NCBI GenBank assembly: GCA_965220995.1
Contig: OZ244856.1
Coordinates: 450,928-514,927, forward strand
From: Acidimicrobiia bacterium
GTDB lineage: Bacteria > Actinomycetota > Acidimicrobiia > Spongiisociales > ZC4RG35
DNA: 64,000 nt
Direction of reading: 5' to 3'
The translations under genes were made by a program, and so were the position numbers. The first letter of the stretch is position 1. Each line of letters begins with the position of its first letter. Under the pieces are notes generated by a model. That model had not been told where the DNA came from. It did not search any database and was given only the letters and a program-made list of their open reading frames with translations. Positions 37,186-46,737 of this stretch are shown one piece after another.

Positions 37186-38364
37186 TCAGACGGTCCTGGA
37201 AACCGACCCGGCGGGCATACAGTACTGGTCGTATTCGACGATCGCCGGTGGGCGGCTTTCGTCAGAGCATGCGACACAGTCGGGGTTCCTACGCAGCCGG
37301 AGAGTCCGGAACTCCTGGGTCAGAGCGTCGTAGGCCAAGAGCTTGCCGACCAGCGGTTCGCCAATCCCCAGCAGGATCTTGATGGCCTCCATGGCCTCGA
37401 TGGAACCGACAATTCCCGGCAGCACCCCCAACACCCCCGCCTCCGCACAGGACGGCGCCAGTTCGGGGGGAGGAGGTTGGGGAAACAGGCACCGATAGCA
37501 GGGCCCACGGTAAGGAGCAAAGACGCTGGCCTGGCCCTCGAAACGGAAGATTGCTCCGTGCACCACCGGGGTCCGGAGGTGAAGCGAGGCGTCGTTCACC
37601 AGGTAGCGGGTGGGGAAATTGTCGCCACCGTCCACCACCAGGTCGTATCCGGACATGATGTCCAGGGCGTTTTGAGCAGACAGCCGCTGCCCATAGGGCT
37701 CCACCTTCACGTCCGGATTGAGGGCGGTGAGGGTCTCCCGCGCCGAATCCACCTTGGGATGACCCAAGCGATCCATGTTGTGCAGTATTTGGCGCTGCAG
37801 GTTGGAGGCATCCACCACATCGAAGTCCACTATTCCCAGCGTCCCCACTCCCGCCGCCGCCAGGTAGAGAGCGGCAGGGGAACCCAATCCACCGGCTCCC
37901 ACCAGCAAGACCCGGGAATTGAGCAACTTGGCCTGGCCCTCCTCACCCACCTCCGGCAGCAGAGTGTGTCGGCTGTAGCGCATTTTCTGATCCGATGAAA
38001 GCGTGATCGGCTCAGACCAGGGACGACCCTCCGCCTTCCACAGGCCGAATCCCCCATCCATCGAAACAACGTTGCTGTATCCCAGATTCTGGAGGGAGAG
38101 GGCGGCCAACGCCGACCGCGCCCCGCCCGCGCAATAGACCACGATCTCGGTGTTGGGATCGGGCGCCTGCATGGAAATGGATGACTCCAACAGACCCCGG
38201 GGGATCAGTTGCGCGCCCGGAATGGCGCCCTGTTCGTACTCCTCGTGCTCCCGAACATCCAGCAACAGCATTCCGGCGTCTCCCAAACGCGGCTCCACAT
38301 CGGCAGGGGTCACTTCCCTGATCTGGGCTTTGGCTCGTCTGAGTAGATCCTGAAAAGTCAGCAT
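37186..38364 (-). CDS. moeZ: MoeZ/MoeB-like E1 sulfur-carrier adenylyltransferase with the rhodanese domain at the N-terminus (order reversed versus canonical MoeZ).
   Basis: aa 10-115 are rhodanese (Cys loop CAGGARS). aa 120-392 are ThiF/MoeB (GAGGLGSPAALYLAAAGVG, FEGQASVF, CYRC...CVAC zinc knuckle). Confidence 0.75.
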   Translation of the reverse strand: MLTFQDLLRRAKAQIREVTPADVEPRLGDAGMLLLDVREHEEYEQGAIPGAQLIPRGLLESSISMQAPDPNTEIVVYCAGGARSALAALSLQNLGYSNVVSMDGGFGLWKAEGRPWSEPITLSSDQKMRYSRHTLLPEVGEEGQAKLLNSRVLLVGAGGLGSPAALYLAAAGVGTLGIVDFDVVDASNLQRQILHNMDRLGHPKVDSARETLTALNPDVKVEPYGQRLSAQNALDIMSGYDLVVDGGDNFPTRYLVNDASLHLRTPVVHGAIFRFEGQASVFAPYRGPCYRCLFPQPPPPELAPSCAEAGVLGVLPGIVGSIEAMEAIKILLGIGEPLVGKLLAYDALTQEFRTLRLRRNPDCVACSDESRPPAIVEYDQYCMPAGSVSRTV

Positions 38365-38381
38365 GGGGTCCCGAATCGAGG

Positions 38382-39263
38382 TTATCTCCTCTGTAAAACC
38401 CCACCAAAACCGGAAATGTTCCCCCGGGCCGCCCTGACGGTGTTGGACATGAGCATCGCCCTGGTCATAACCCCCACTCCCCCGGGCACCGGAGTGATCG
38501 CCGAAGCAACCTCGCGGGCCTGCTCAAAGTCGACATCACCCACTAGGCCATGCTCGGTGCGGTTGATCCCCACATCGATCACCACCGCCCCGGGCTTCAC
38601 CCAGGAAGCCTTCACGATCTTGGGCCTTCCCACGGCCGCCACCAGGATGTCGGCTTCCCGAGCCAGGGACTCCAGCCCGACTGTCCGGGAATGGGCGATG
38701 GTCACCGTGGCGTCCGCTCCCTTGGTGGCCATCAGCAGGGCCAGGGGCTTTCCCACCAAAAAGCTGCGCCCGATCACCACCGCTCGGCGGCCTTCCACCC
38801 CAATCCCATAGTGGCTGAGGATGCGCATCACCCCCGCAGGCGTGCAGGGCCGCGGTCCGGGCGCCTCGGTCACCAGGCGACCGAGATTCTCCCGGTGCAG
38901 CCCGTCGACGTCCTTGCGGGGATCGATACATCCCACCACTCTCCCCTCGTCCAATCCCCCGGGAAGAGGCAGTTGCACCAGGATGCCGTCTATCTGCGGG
39001 TCGGCGCTCAAGGTTTTGACCAGGCCTTCCACCTCGTCCTGGGTGGCGGTTGCGTCCAGGGGATGGTGGACGGACCGAATCCCCACCCGGGCGGCGTCAC
39101 GCCGCTTGGCCCGGACATAGGTGTGTGATGCGGGATCGTCTCCCACCAGCACCGTGGCCAAGCCGGGCACATGGCCGGATTCGGTCAGCAACCGGACCTG
39201 GTCCGCCACTTCCTCCATTACGGCGGACGCCACCTCCTTGCCGCTCAGAATCAAAGCCGTCAT
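38382..39263 (-). CDS. folD: Bifunctional methylene-THF dehydrogenase/methenyl-THF cyclohydrolase.
   Basis: Full-length FolD pattern (LVGDDPASHTYVRAKRR; GKPLALLM). Start overlaps the purH stop by 1 nt. Confidence 0.9.
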   Translation of the reverse strand: MTALILSGKEVASAVMEEVADQVRLLTESGHVPGLATVLVGDDPASHTYVRAKRRDAARVGIRSVHHPLDATATQDEVEGLVKTLSADPQIDGILVQLPLPGGLDEGRVVGCIDPRKDVDGLHRENLGRLVTEAPGPRPCTPAGVMRILSHYGIGVEGRRAVVIGRSFLVGKPLALLMATKGADATVTIAHSRTVGLESLAREADILVAAVGRPKIVKASWVKPGAVVIDVGINRTEHGLVGDVDFEQAREVASAITPVPGGVGVMTRAMLMSNTVRAARGNISGFGGVLQRR

Positions 39264-40768
39264 CAGTGCCGAAAGTGCCTGCGACCGGTAAAGAGCAGGG
39301 CCATGTGATGCTGGTCGGCGGCGGCAATCACCTCGGCGTCCCGCACCGAGCCTCCGGGAGTAACCAATGCCGCCACACCCACAGATGCTAGGACATCCAA
39401 CCCGTCACGAAAAGGCAGGAACCCATCGGAAGCCGCCGACGCCCCCCGGGCGCGGTCTCCGGCTATTCGGATCGCTCGCTCCGCGGCGCCCACCCGACTC
39501 TGGTCACCGGCGCCCACCCCCACGGTCCGGCCCGGCCGGCAGATGGTCACCGCATTCGAGCGGGCATGAGCCGCCACTACCCAGGCCAGGCGCAGCGCGG
39601 CCAGTTGCCCGGAGTCGGGTCGCACCCGGGACACCACCTTCCACTCGGCAGGGTCCGCCGTGACACGATCGGGGGACTGGACAAGCACATCGGGACCCAG
39701 GGATCGCATCTCCCGTTGGGGGACCCTTCCGCCCGGGACCTCCAGGACCCGCAGATTGGGCTTGGCGGCCAAGCAAGCCGCCGCTTGAGGTTCCACCCGG
39801 GGGGCCGCCACCACTTCCACGAACACCCTGCTCAAAGCCTCCGCCGCTTCCCCATCAAGCGGGCGGTTGAAAGCCACCACCCCTCCGAAAGCCGACCGCG
39901 GATCGCCAGCCCAGGCGCGGGCGAACGCTTCCGCCGGGTAGCGCCCGTTCCCCACCCCGCACGGGTTGGCATGCTTGACGATCACACAGCCCGGTTCGTC
40001 CAGGTCGGCCGCCAGACGCACGGCCGCGTCCCCATCCGCATAGTTGTTGTAGGACATGGGCTTGCCCTGCAGGAACCGAACCTCCGAAGCCCAGAATCCG
40101 CCGCTCTCGGGGCTGTACAAGGCGCCCTGCTGATGAGGGTTCTCCCCATATCGGGTTTCTTGGCGGCGACGCAGAGTCATCACCAAAGGGTCGGGGAACG
40201 CCCCTGGGGGGGCAAGCCATTGGGCGATGGCGGCATCGTAGGCGGCGGTATGGGCAAACGCCTCGGCCGCCAACCGCCGGCGCAAATCCTCCCCCGTCCC
40301 CCCCGACCGCAGCGCTTCCAACACCTCTCCATACTGGCGGGGCGAGCAAACCACCGCCACCACAGCATGGTTCTTGGCCGCGGCTCGCAGCATGGCCACC
40401 CCTCCGATATCGATCTGATCTACTCCGGGCTCCTCATCAAAGGAATAGAGGTTGCATGCCACCAACTGGAAAGGGGTGATCCCGTGTCGGAGCAGATCCC
40501 GCTGGTGAGAGGGCCGATCGGGATCGGCCAGAATCCCCCCGTGTATGTGGGGATGCAGGGTCTTTACCCTTCCGTCCAGCATCTGGGGGAACCCGGTCAC
40601 TTCCTCCACCTCCGTCACCCCCAGACCCGCCTGTCGGAGAATGCGGGCGGTGCCCCCCGATGAGACGATATCCACCCCCAGTTCGGCCAGACCCTGGGCG
40701 AAATCCACGATTCCCGATTTGTCCGAAACTGAAAGAAGCGCCCTTTTGACCGGGACCTGGGCCACCAC
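39263..40768 (-). CDS. purH: Bifunctional AICAR formyltransferase/IMP cyclohydrolase.
   Basis: MGS-like N-domain (KRALLSVSDKSGIV) and AICARFT domain. GTG start. Confidence 0.9.
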   Translation of the reverse strand: MVAQVPVKRALLSVSDKSGIVDFAQGLAELGVDIVSSGGTARILRQAGLGVTEVEEVTGFPQMLDGRVKTLHPHIHGGILADPDRPSHQRDLLRHGITPFQLVACNLYSFDEEPGVDQIDIGGVAMLRAAAKNHAVVAVVCSPRQYGEVLEALRSGGTGEDLRRRLAAEAFAHTAAYDAAIAQWLAPPGAFPDPLVMTLRRRQETRYGENPHQQGALYSPESGGFWASEVRFLQGKPMSYNNYADGDAAVRLAADLDEPGCVIVKHANPCGVGNGRYPAEAFARAWAGDPRSAFGGVVAFNRPLDGEAAEALSRVFVEVVAAPRVEPQAAACLAAKPNLRVLEVPGGRVPQREMRSLGPDVLVQSPDRVTADPAEWKVVSRVRPDSGQLAALRLAWVVAAHARSNAVTICRPGRTVGVGAGDQSRVGAAERAIRIAGDRARGASAASDGFLPFRDGLDVLASVGVAALVTPGGSVRDAEVIAAADQHHMALLFTGRRHFRH

Positions 40769-41075
40769 AGAAAACCTCCCGAGGGTTCATATTTGGCGTG
40801 AGACAAAGGGTAGACCCCGAGGGGGTCGGACATGTTCCCCCGGGACCCCGGGGAATCCTCACCCCACCCGTGAGAGCACCCGCGCAAAACCCTGATACCT
40901 CGCGATGGTTTACATGGCGCTCCACTGCCGCGGGCCCCCGGGCGGTCATTAGCTTTTGCGGGGAGTCGGCGTCCCGGAAAGTCGATAGCCACCTGACGGA
41001 GTAAGAAAGGGGCAGGATGAGCCGCCAGGTGTTGTGGGGTCGCCAGTCGACTAGCCGGACGCCGACCCTCCCAAT
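40769..41075 (-). ncRNA. Candidate cis-regulatory leader RNA of purH-folD; possibly a ZTP (pfl)-class riboswitch.
   Basis: The 282-nt 5' UTR is structured. Its 5' end has GGGTCG...GACTGGCG. The distal part has ACCGCCCGGGGGC, reminiscent of the ZTP P3/pseudoknot region. A 10-bp long-range helix forms between GTCGGCGTCC and GGACGCCGAC. ZTP riboswitches classically control purH and folD. Not verified against the covariance model. Confidence 0.3.
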
Positions 41076-42247
41076 ATCTCCCGAAGCACCTCTTCGGTGT
41101 CCTGGCCAACCTGGGGAGCGGGCCGAGGAGGGAGACGGCCTTCTCCAAACTGAACAGGATGAGACGCGGACAGGTACTCGCCCACTCCGGGGTGGGCCAC
41201 CGGGCGGAGCAACGGATTGGCCTCCGAACCGCGGGGATCCTCGGTGACCAGTTGTCGGAAACTCTGGTAAGGCCCCCAGCACAATCTGTGCCGGCCCAGA
41301 ACCTCCCCCACCTCATCCAGGGTGCGGGAGGCGAACCAGGGGGCCAGCGCCGCCGAGATCTTATCCCGCGCCCGGAAGCGGTCGCCCTCGTTTTCCAGAT
41401 CGAGGCCGCATTCGGCTGCTATCCGTTTCATAGCCTCGGCCGAACCGGTGGCCTCCACCAAATCGCCCCACTGCCGATCGGTGATCACCACCACCATCAC
41501 TCTTCGGTGGTCGGCGGTGGCGAAATCCCGCCCGTAGGCGCCGAACACATAGTTGCCGTAGGAACCGCGTTCCTCCTGGTTGATCACCACCTCCCCCAAG
41601 TGACCCAGGGCAGAGACGGTGGCCAGAGCCACATCGAACAGCGAAAGCCGCACCAACTGCCCTTCCCCGGTGCGCAGACGGTGGCGGTCGGCTGCCAGGA
41701 CCGCGGAGGCCACCATGTTCCCGGCGATCACATCCCACGCCGGGAGGACGTGGTTGACCGGCCCGGCATCCGGGGATCCGGTGATCTCCGGATAGCCGAT
41801 CGCCGCGTTGACCGTGTAATCCACCGCCACCGAGCCGTCGGGATTTCCCCGCAGCGCCACCATGATCAGGTCGGGCCTTTTCTCGACCAGCCTTTGGTAG
41901 GACAGCCATCGGGGAGACAGGTTGGTTATGAGAATGCCGGCCTCCTCCCCCGGGGCGCAGATCAAATCGATCAGCGTCGATCGTCCCTCCGGGGATCGCA
42001 GGTCCAGGGCGACCGAGCGCTTACCGGCGTTGAGTCCGGCCCAGTAGAGACTCCGACCCTCGGCGGTGACCGGCCATCGACCGTAGTCGAGTCCCCCTCC
42101 GGGGGGATCCACGCGTATGACGTCCGCGCCCAGTGAGGAGAGGGTGAGGCCCGCCAACGGCACCGCCACAAAGGCGGACAATTCCACCACCCGCATGCCC
42201 CCGAGAATCCCTTCGGTCGGGTTGTGGAGGGTCTTTTGGGATCCCAT
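41051..42247 (-). CDS. Family III CoA-transferase (CaiB/BaiF).
   Basis: RVVELSAFVAVPLAG...LGADVIRVDPPGGG N-terminus and the CoA-transferase III interlocked-domain pattern. Start chosen at Met 19 of the track ORF. Confidence 0.7.
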   Translation of the reverse strand: MGSQKTLHNPTEGILGGMRVVELSAFVAVPLAGLTLSSLGADVIRVDPPGGGLDYGRWPVTAEGRSLYWAGLNAGKRSVALDLRSPEGRSTLIDLICAPGEEAGILITNLSPRWLSYQRLVEKRPDLIMVALRGNPDGSVAVDYTVNAAIGYPEITGSPDAGPVNHVLPAWDVIAGNMVASAVLAADRHRLRTGEGQLVRLSLFDVALATVSALGHLGEVVINQEERGSYGNYVFGAYGRDFATADHRRVMVVVITDRQWGDLVEATGSAEAMKRIAAECGLDLENEGDRFRARDKISAALAPWFASRTLDEVGEVLGRHRLCWGPYQSFRQLVTEDPRGSEANPLLRPVAHPGVGEYLSASHPVQFGEGRLPPRPAPQVGQDTEEVLREILGGSASG

Positions 42248-42276
42248 CCCCTCAAGCCTACGATTCGCAGGCGGAC

Positions 42277-43875
42277 TTGACAGAACACGACACCTCGGCA
42301 ACCGCGGTCTGCGCCGCGGCCCTGGAGAACACCGCCGGCACGGCGGTCGACCGGTTGAGGACGGTGGCCGATCGCCATCCCCAAGGCTTGGACGGTTGCC
42401 AGAGCCTCGCCTACCAGGTGGCCTTTCTGGCGTCGGAGGCAGCCGAAATGCAGGCCGTGAACCAGGCCGTCACCCTGGGACGGATAGGGCCGGCCACCGC
42501 CAACCTGGCCGCCTCTCTTCTGGCCCGATCGGCGCGGGAGCGAGTCGGTCGGTTCGAGGAGTTGGAGGGCATCTCCGAGCCTTGGCTGGACACCGCCGTG
42601 GTGCGGAAGGCAATCACCGCCTGGAGCCGACTGTCGGCGCCGACTCTGGCCGAAGCCGAGAATCCCCCCGATCCGGGACTGGGCGCCGAACTGCTCCTGG
42701 CCCGCCGGGAGTTCCGCAGATTCGGCCGGGAGGTCATCGCACCCCATGCCGAGCAGGTTCACCGCCAAGATCGCGACGTACCCGAGGAAGTGATATCGGG
42801 CCTGGCCGGCCTGGGGGTGTTCGGCTTGTCGATCCCGGTTCGCTACGGGGGTTTTCTGGACGAAGACCATCCTCCCCACCTGGGAATGGTGGTTGCCACC
42901 GAGGAACTGAGCCGCGCCTCCCTGGCTATCGGAGGCTCGCTCATCACCCGCCCGGAGATGCTGGCCCGCGCTCTTCGCCGGGGCGGGACCGAAGCCCAGA
43001 AGACCAGGTGGCTTCCGGCTATCGCGTCGGGCGAGAAGATGGTGGCTATCTGTGTCACCGAACCCGACTTCGGCTCGGATGTGGCTTCGATCACCACCGC
43101 CGCCCAGCGGGACGGAGACACCTGGGTCATCAATGGCGCCAAGATGTGGTCCACCTTTGCCGGGCGGGCCGAACTTCTCATGGTGCTGGTCCGCACCCAT
43201 CCCGATCCCGCCCGCGGCCATCGGGGCCTCTCCCTGTTCGTGGTGGAAAAACCCGCCTTCGGAGGCCACACCTTCACCTTCGCCCAGCCGGGCGGAGGGA
43301 GGCTTTCGGGACGGGCCATACCCACCATCGGCTACCGGGGCATGCACAGCTTTGAGTTGAAGTTCGAAGACTGGGTGGTTCCCTCGGACGCTTTAATCGG
43401 CGAGGAGGAGGGGGAGGGAAGGGGGTTTCACCTGCAGATGCAGGCCTTTTCCACCGGGCGGCTGCAAACCGCCGGAAGAGCCCTGGGTTTGATGGAAGCG
43501 GCCTTCGAGGAGGCGAGCAACTACGCGGCGGGACGCACAGTGTTCGGCCGGCCGCTGGGCGCCTTCCCGCTCACTCGGGATCGCCTGGCCGGGATGGCCG
43601 CCCGGATCGCCGCTCATCGGGCCTTCGCCTATCAGGTGGCCTCCTATCTCGACCGACCCCGTGGCCAGACCGAGGCCTCCATGGTGAAGGCCCTGGCCTG
43701 CCGGTCGGCGGAGACCATCACCCGCGACGCCATGCAGATGCTGGGAGGGTACGGGTACGCGGAGGAGTACCCGGTCTCCCGGCTGTTCCTCGACGCCCGG
43801 GTCCTCACCATTTTCGAAGGCGCCGAAGAGGTGTTGGCTCTGAAGGTGATCGCCCGCCGACTGCTGGGACCTTAA
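42277..43875 (+). CDS. Acyl-CoA dehydrogenase with an N-terminal extension of about 130 aa.
   Basis: ACAD core from about aa 135 (EVISGLAGLGVFGLSIPVRYGG...). Catalytic region MQMLGGYGYAEEYPVSRLFLDARVLTIFEGAEEV. Start is uncertain. Confidence 0.7.
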   Translation: MTEHDTSATAVCAAALENTAGTAVDRLRTVADRHPQGLDGCQSLAYQVAFLASEAAEMQAVNQAVTLGRIGPATANLAASLLARSARERVGRFEELEGISEPWLDTAVVRKAITAWSRLSAPTLAEAENPPDPGLGAELLLARREFRRFGREVIAPHAEQVHRQDRDVPEEVISGLAGLGVFGLSIPVRYGGFLDEDHPPHLGMVVATEELSRASLAIGGSLITRPEMLARALRRGGTEAQKTRWLPAIASGEKMVAICVTEPDFGSDVASITTAAQRDGDTWVINGAKMWSTFAGRAELLMVLVRTHPDPARGHRGLSLFVVEKPAFGGHTFTFAQPGGGRLSGRAIPTIGYRGMHSFELKFEDWVVPSDALIGEEEGEGRGFHLQMQAFSTGRLQTAGRALGLMEAAFEEASNYAAGRTVFGRPLGAFPLTRDRLAGMAARIAAHRAFAYQVASYLDRPRGQTEASMVKALACRSAETITRDAMQMLGGYGYAEEYPVSRLFLDARVLTIFEGAEEVLALKVIARRLLGP

Positions 43876-43912
43876 GGGGGCATGGGCAAACCCAACTAGC
43901 CTTGTCAGGACC

Positions 43913-44284
43913 ATGGTTGAAGTAATCGAAAAGGGCCATTTCCACACCGGAGATTTTTCCGGGGAACTGACCGCCGCCGAGCAGGGCAATCGGAACATCG
44001 GAACTCGACTGCTGTTCCAAAACGACGAGGTGGGGGTCTGGGAAGTTCGGCTGCAGCCGGGAGAGAGAGGCGGGTTCCATCTCCATGATCGTCACTACTT
44101 TTGGACGGTGGTGAAGGGCGGCATCGGCAAACAGCGCACCGCCGACGGGGTGTATCACATCCGCCGCTACGAGGAAGGCGATACCAGCTTTCTGCCGCAC
44201 AGCCCCGCAGAATCGGTGATCCACGATTTTGAGAACGCCGGAACGGGCGAGATCCGTTTTATAACGGTGGAACTCTACGACTGA
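43913..44284 (+). CDS. Cupin-domain protein.
   Basis: 123 aa with the two-His cupin motif (GGFHLHDRHYFW ... IHDFENAG). Confidence 0.55.
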   Translation: MVEVIEKGHFHTGDFSGELTAAEQGNRNIGTRLLFQNDEVGVWEVRLQPGERGGFHLHDRHYFWTVVKGGIGKQRTADGVYHIRRYEEGDTSFLPHSPAESVIHDFENAGTGEIRFITVELYD

Positions 44285-44327
44285 CCCCCTGAACGCCAAC
44301 CTGCCCACTCGGGTTGCCCGCCGGATC

Positions 44328-45869
44328 GTGGCAGGCCTCCGGGCCGCTGGGACCCGGCGTTTGTTCGGTGTGCCGGGAGGAGGCCCAAACCTGCTGAAGG
44401 TGGGCGCCGCCGCCGAGCAGGGCATTCCCTTTGTTCTCTGCCACAGCGAGACGGCCGCGTGCATCGCCGCCTCGACTTACGGGCTGTTGACCGACACGGT
44501 GGGGACGGCGGTGGTCACCCGGGGGCCGGGCGTGGCGTCGGCCGTGAACGGAGTTGCCCAGGCCACCTTGGACAAGCAGCCCCTGGTGCTGGTGGGAGAC
44601 ACCGTTTCGCAGGCCGACCGCACCTGGGTGGGACACCAGAAATTCGACCAACCGGCAGTGATGCAGCCGGTCACCAAATGGAGCGGCACGGTGGGCCGGG
44701 ACGGGACCGCCCGAGCGGCGGAAGCGGCCGGGCGGCTGGCCACGGCCCATCCCCAGGGCGGGGTACACATCGACATGGACAGCAATATCCCAGGGGACAT
44801 GCCTCCCGATGCCCCGGCTGTGACCGATGGCGGGGCCGTTCCGGAGGCGGTGCGGAAAATGGTGGCCCGATCCTCCTTTCCGCTGTTGATCCTGGGAACC
44901 GGGGCGCTTGGATGGATCGGGGAGGTGAGGAAGGTGGTGGCCGCCGCCGGATGCCCGGTTCTCACCACCTATCACGCCAAGGGCCTGATCGACGAGACCA
45001 CACCCCTTTTCGGAGGGCTGTTCACCAGTTCCTCCTTGGAGGCGCCGCTGCTGCGAGCCGCAGATCTGGTTTTGGCGGTGGGAGTCGATCCCGTGGAGCC
45101 GCTTCCCCGGCCTTTCCGATACGAGGCGCCGGTGGTGGAGATCAACCCCTGGCCCCAACCGCTCCGGTTTTTCCCCGGGCGGCGCCGGGTTGAGGGGCCG
45201 GTGGGTCCGATCCTCGGGTCTCTGGCCGCCGATCTGGCCGAACATCGATGGGACCCCGACGCCGGCCGAACGGCATGGCAGGCTGCCCGGCGGTCGCTGT
45301 GGGCCGACGGACCGGGTTTCACTCCCCACCAGGTGGTGCAGGAGGTGGCGAAATGGAGCGCCCGGCAAGAGGATGCCACGGTGACGCTGGATGCCGGCGC
45401 CCACTTTCTGGTGGCCATGCCTTACCTTCCGGCCACCCTGCCCCGCCGGATCCTGATCTCCAACGGTCTCTCCACCATGGGATACGCCCTCCCCGCCGCC
45501 CTGGGCGCCGCCCTGGCTCGTCCGGAGACACCGACCGTCTGCCTGACCGGCGACGGTGGGTTGAGCATGGTCCTGGCCGAGTTGGAGACGGTGGCCCGGG
45601 CCGGGGCGGACGTGACTGTGGTGGTGTTCAACGACGGGGCCCTGACCCTCATAGAACTCAAGCAACTGGCCGGCCAGGGGGGACCGCAGGCGGTGCGTTA
45701 TCAACCCATCGACTACGCCCGGGTGGCTCGATCCTGCGGAATGCCGGGGGTGATGGCCGAAAACCAATCGCAACTGGCGGCCGCCCTGCGCGGACCTCGA
45801 CCCCGCCTGATCGACGCCCGCATAGATCCAACCGCCTACCGAACCGTGATCGAAGCCGCCCGGGGATGA
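44328..45869 (+). CDS. Thiamine-pyrophosphate-dependent enzyme (acetolactate-synthase-like family).
   Basis: N-terminal pyrimidine-binding domain (LFGVPGGGPNLL...FVLCHSETAACIAAST), a middle domain, and a C-terminal TPP motif GDGGLSM...N. GTG start. Confidence 0.7.
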   Translation: MAGLRAAGTRRLFGVPGGGPNLLKVGAAAEQGIPFVLCHSETAACIAASTYGLLTDTVGTAVVTRGPGVASAVNGVAQATLDKQPLVLVGDTVSQADRTWVGHQKFDQPAVMQPVTKWSGTVGRDGTARAAEAAGRLATAHPQGGVHIDMDSNIPGDMPPDAPAVTDGGAVPEAVRKMVARSSFPLLILGTGALGWIGEVRKVVAAAGCPVLTTYHAKGLIDETTPLFGGLFTSSSLEAPLLRAADLVLAVGVDPVEPLPRPFRYEAPVVEINPWPQPLRFFPGRRRVEGPVGPILGSLAADLAEHRWDPDAGRTAWQAARRSLWADGPGFTPHQVVQEVAKWSARQEDATVTLDAGAHFLVAMPYLPATLPRRILISNGLSTMGYALPAALGAALARPETPTVCLTGDGGLSMVLAELETVARAGADVTVVVFNDGALTLIELKQLAGQGGPQAVRYQPIDYARVARSCGMPGVMAENQSQLAAALRGPRPRLIDARIDPTAYRTVIEAARG

Positions 45870-46205
45870 GGTTGGCCGAAACTCGCGAAAAATCCGCCGG
45901 TCCGTGGGTTGACTTCTGTCACACACCTGTTACATAGTGGTTGGATCAAACACCCAGGACGGTCCGCTCCGGCGTCGAGTGGACCGTCCGAAGGTCAGAC
46001 AACTCAGGAAGTCGCTGGTTCCGGCTGGACAAAGCCTTCCTGATCAACGGCAAGGTGGATGGTGGGGGAGGGGCCCGAAAGGGCGGGAAAGCTGGGAGTC
46101 AGTTTTCGCGAGATAGTGTGTGATTTCGCGGATGTTGGCCGTGACGGGACGCCACCGTCCCCGATGGGTAATCTCCCCTGCAAACCAATGAGAGGAGGTA
46201 TCTCC

Positions 46206-46736
46206 ATGTCTATAACGGTGGCTCAGTTCCTGGATGTCGCTGACGGACTGCAACCCAACCAGTTTTCCATTGGCAACCGAGTCCAGATTTCGGGACTGAA
46301 CGATGTCAATCCCGACCACAAGCAGTTGATGGATGACCAGGTGACCGCGGTGATGGCCGTGATGGGCGGAGACGGACGGCCCAACCTGTCCGCCATGTGG
46401 TTCGACTACGACGGAGAAACCAGCCGCGTTCTGGTCAACGTGGCCACCCACCGCAAGAAGACCGCCTGGATCAGGGCAAATCCCCAGATCACCGTCCTGT
46501 TGATGAATCCGGCCAACCCATACCACTGGATGAGCCTCAAGTGCACCGTGGAACGGGAAGTCCTGGAGGACGATCCCGACGAGGGAACGATGGTCACCGA
46601 CCAGTTGGACAAGATATGGACCAAGTACACCGGCGCCGAGCCTCCCTACGGACTGCGGGACCCCTCCATCGACGAACGGCGGGTGCTGTTCATCTGCAAG
46701 GTGGACCGGATCGCCACCTTCGGGAGATCTGCTTGA
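46206..46736 (+). CDS. PPOX-class F420-dependent / pyridoxamine-5'-phosphate-oxidase-like oxidoreductase.
   Basis: 176 aa with an FMN/F420 split-barrel pattern. ATG at 46206 is preceded by GAGAGGAGG; the track ORF begins 49 codons earlier. Confidence 0.65.
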   Translation: MSITVAQFLDVADGLQPNQFSIGNRVQISGLNDVNPDHKQLMDDQVTAVMAVMGGDGRPNLSAMWFDYDGETSRVLVNVATHRKKTAWIRANPQITVLLMNPANPYHWMSLKCTVEREVLEDDPDEGTMVTDQLDKIWTKYTGAEPPYGLRDPSIDERRVLFICKVDRIATFGRSA

Positions 46737-46737
46737 G

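Noticed and set aside
44259-45926. 555-aa minus-strand ORF antisense to the TPP enzyme.
   Set aside because: The sense strand has clear TPP-enzyme motifs; the antisense product is low-complexity.
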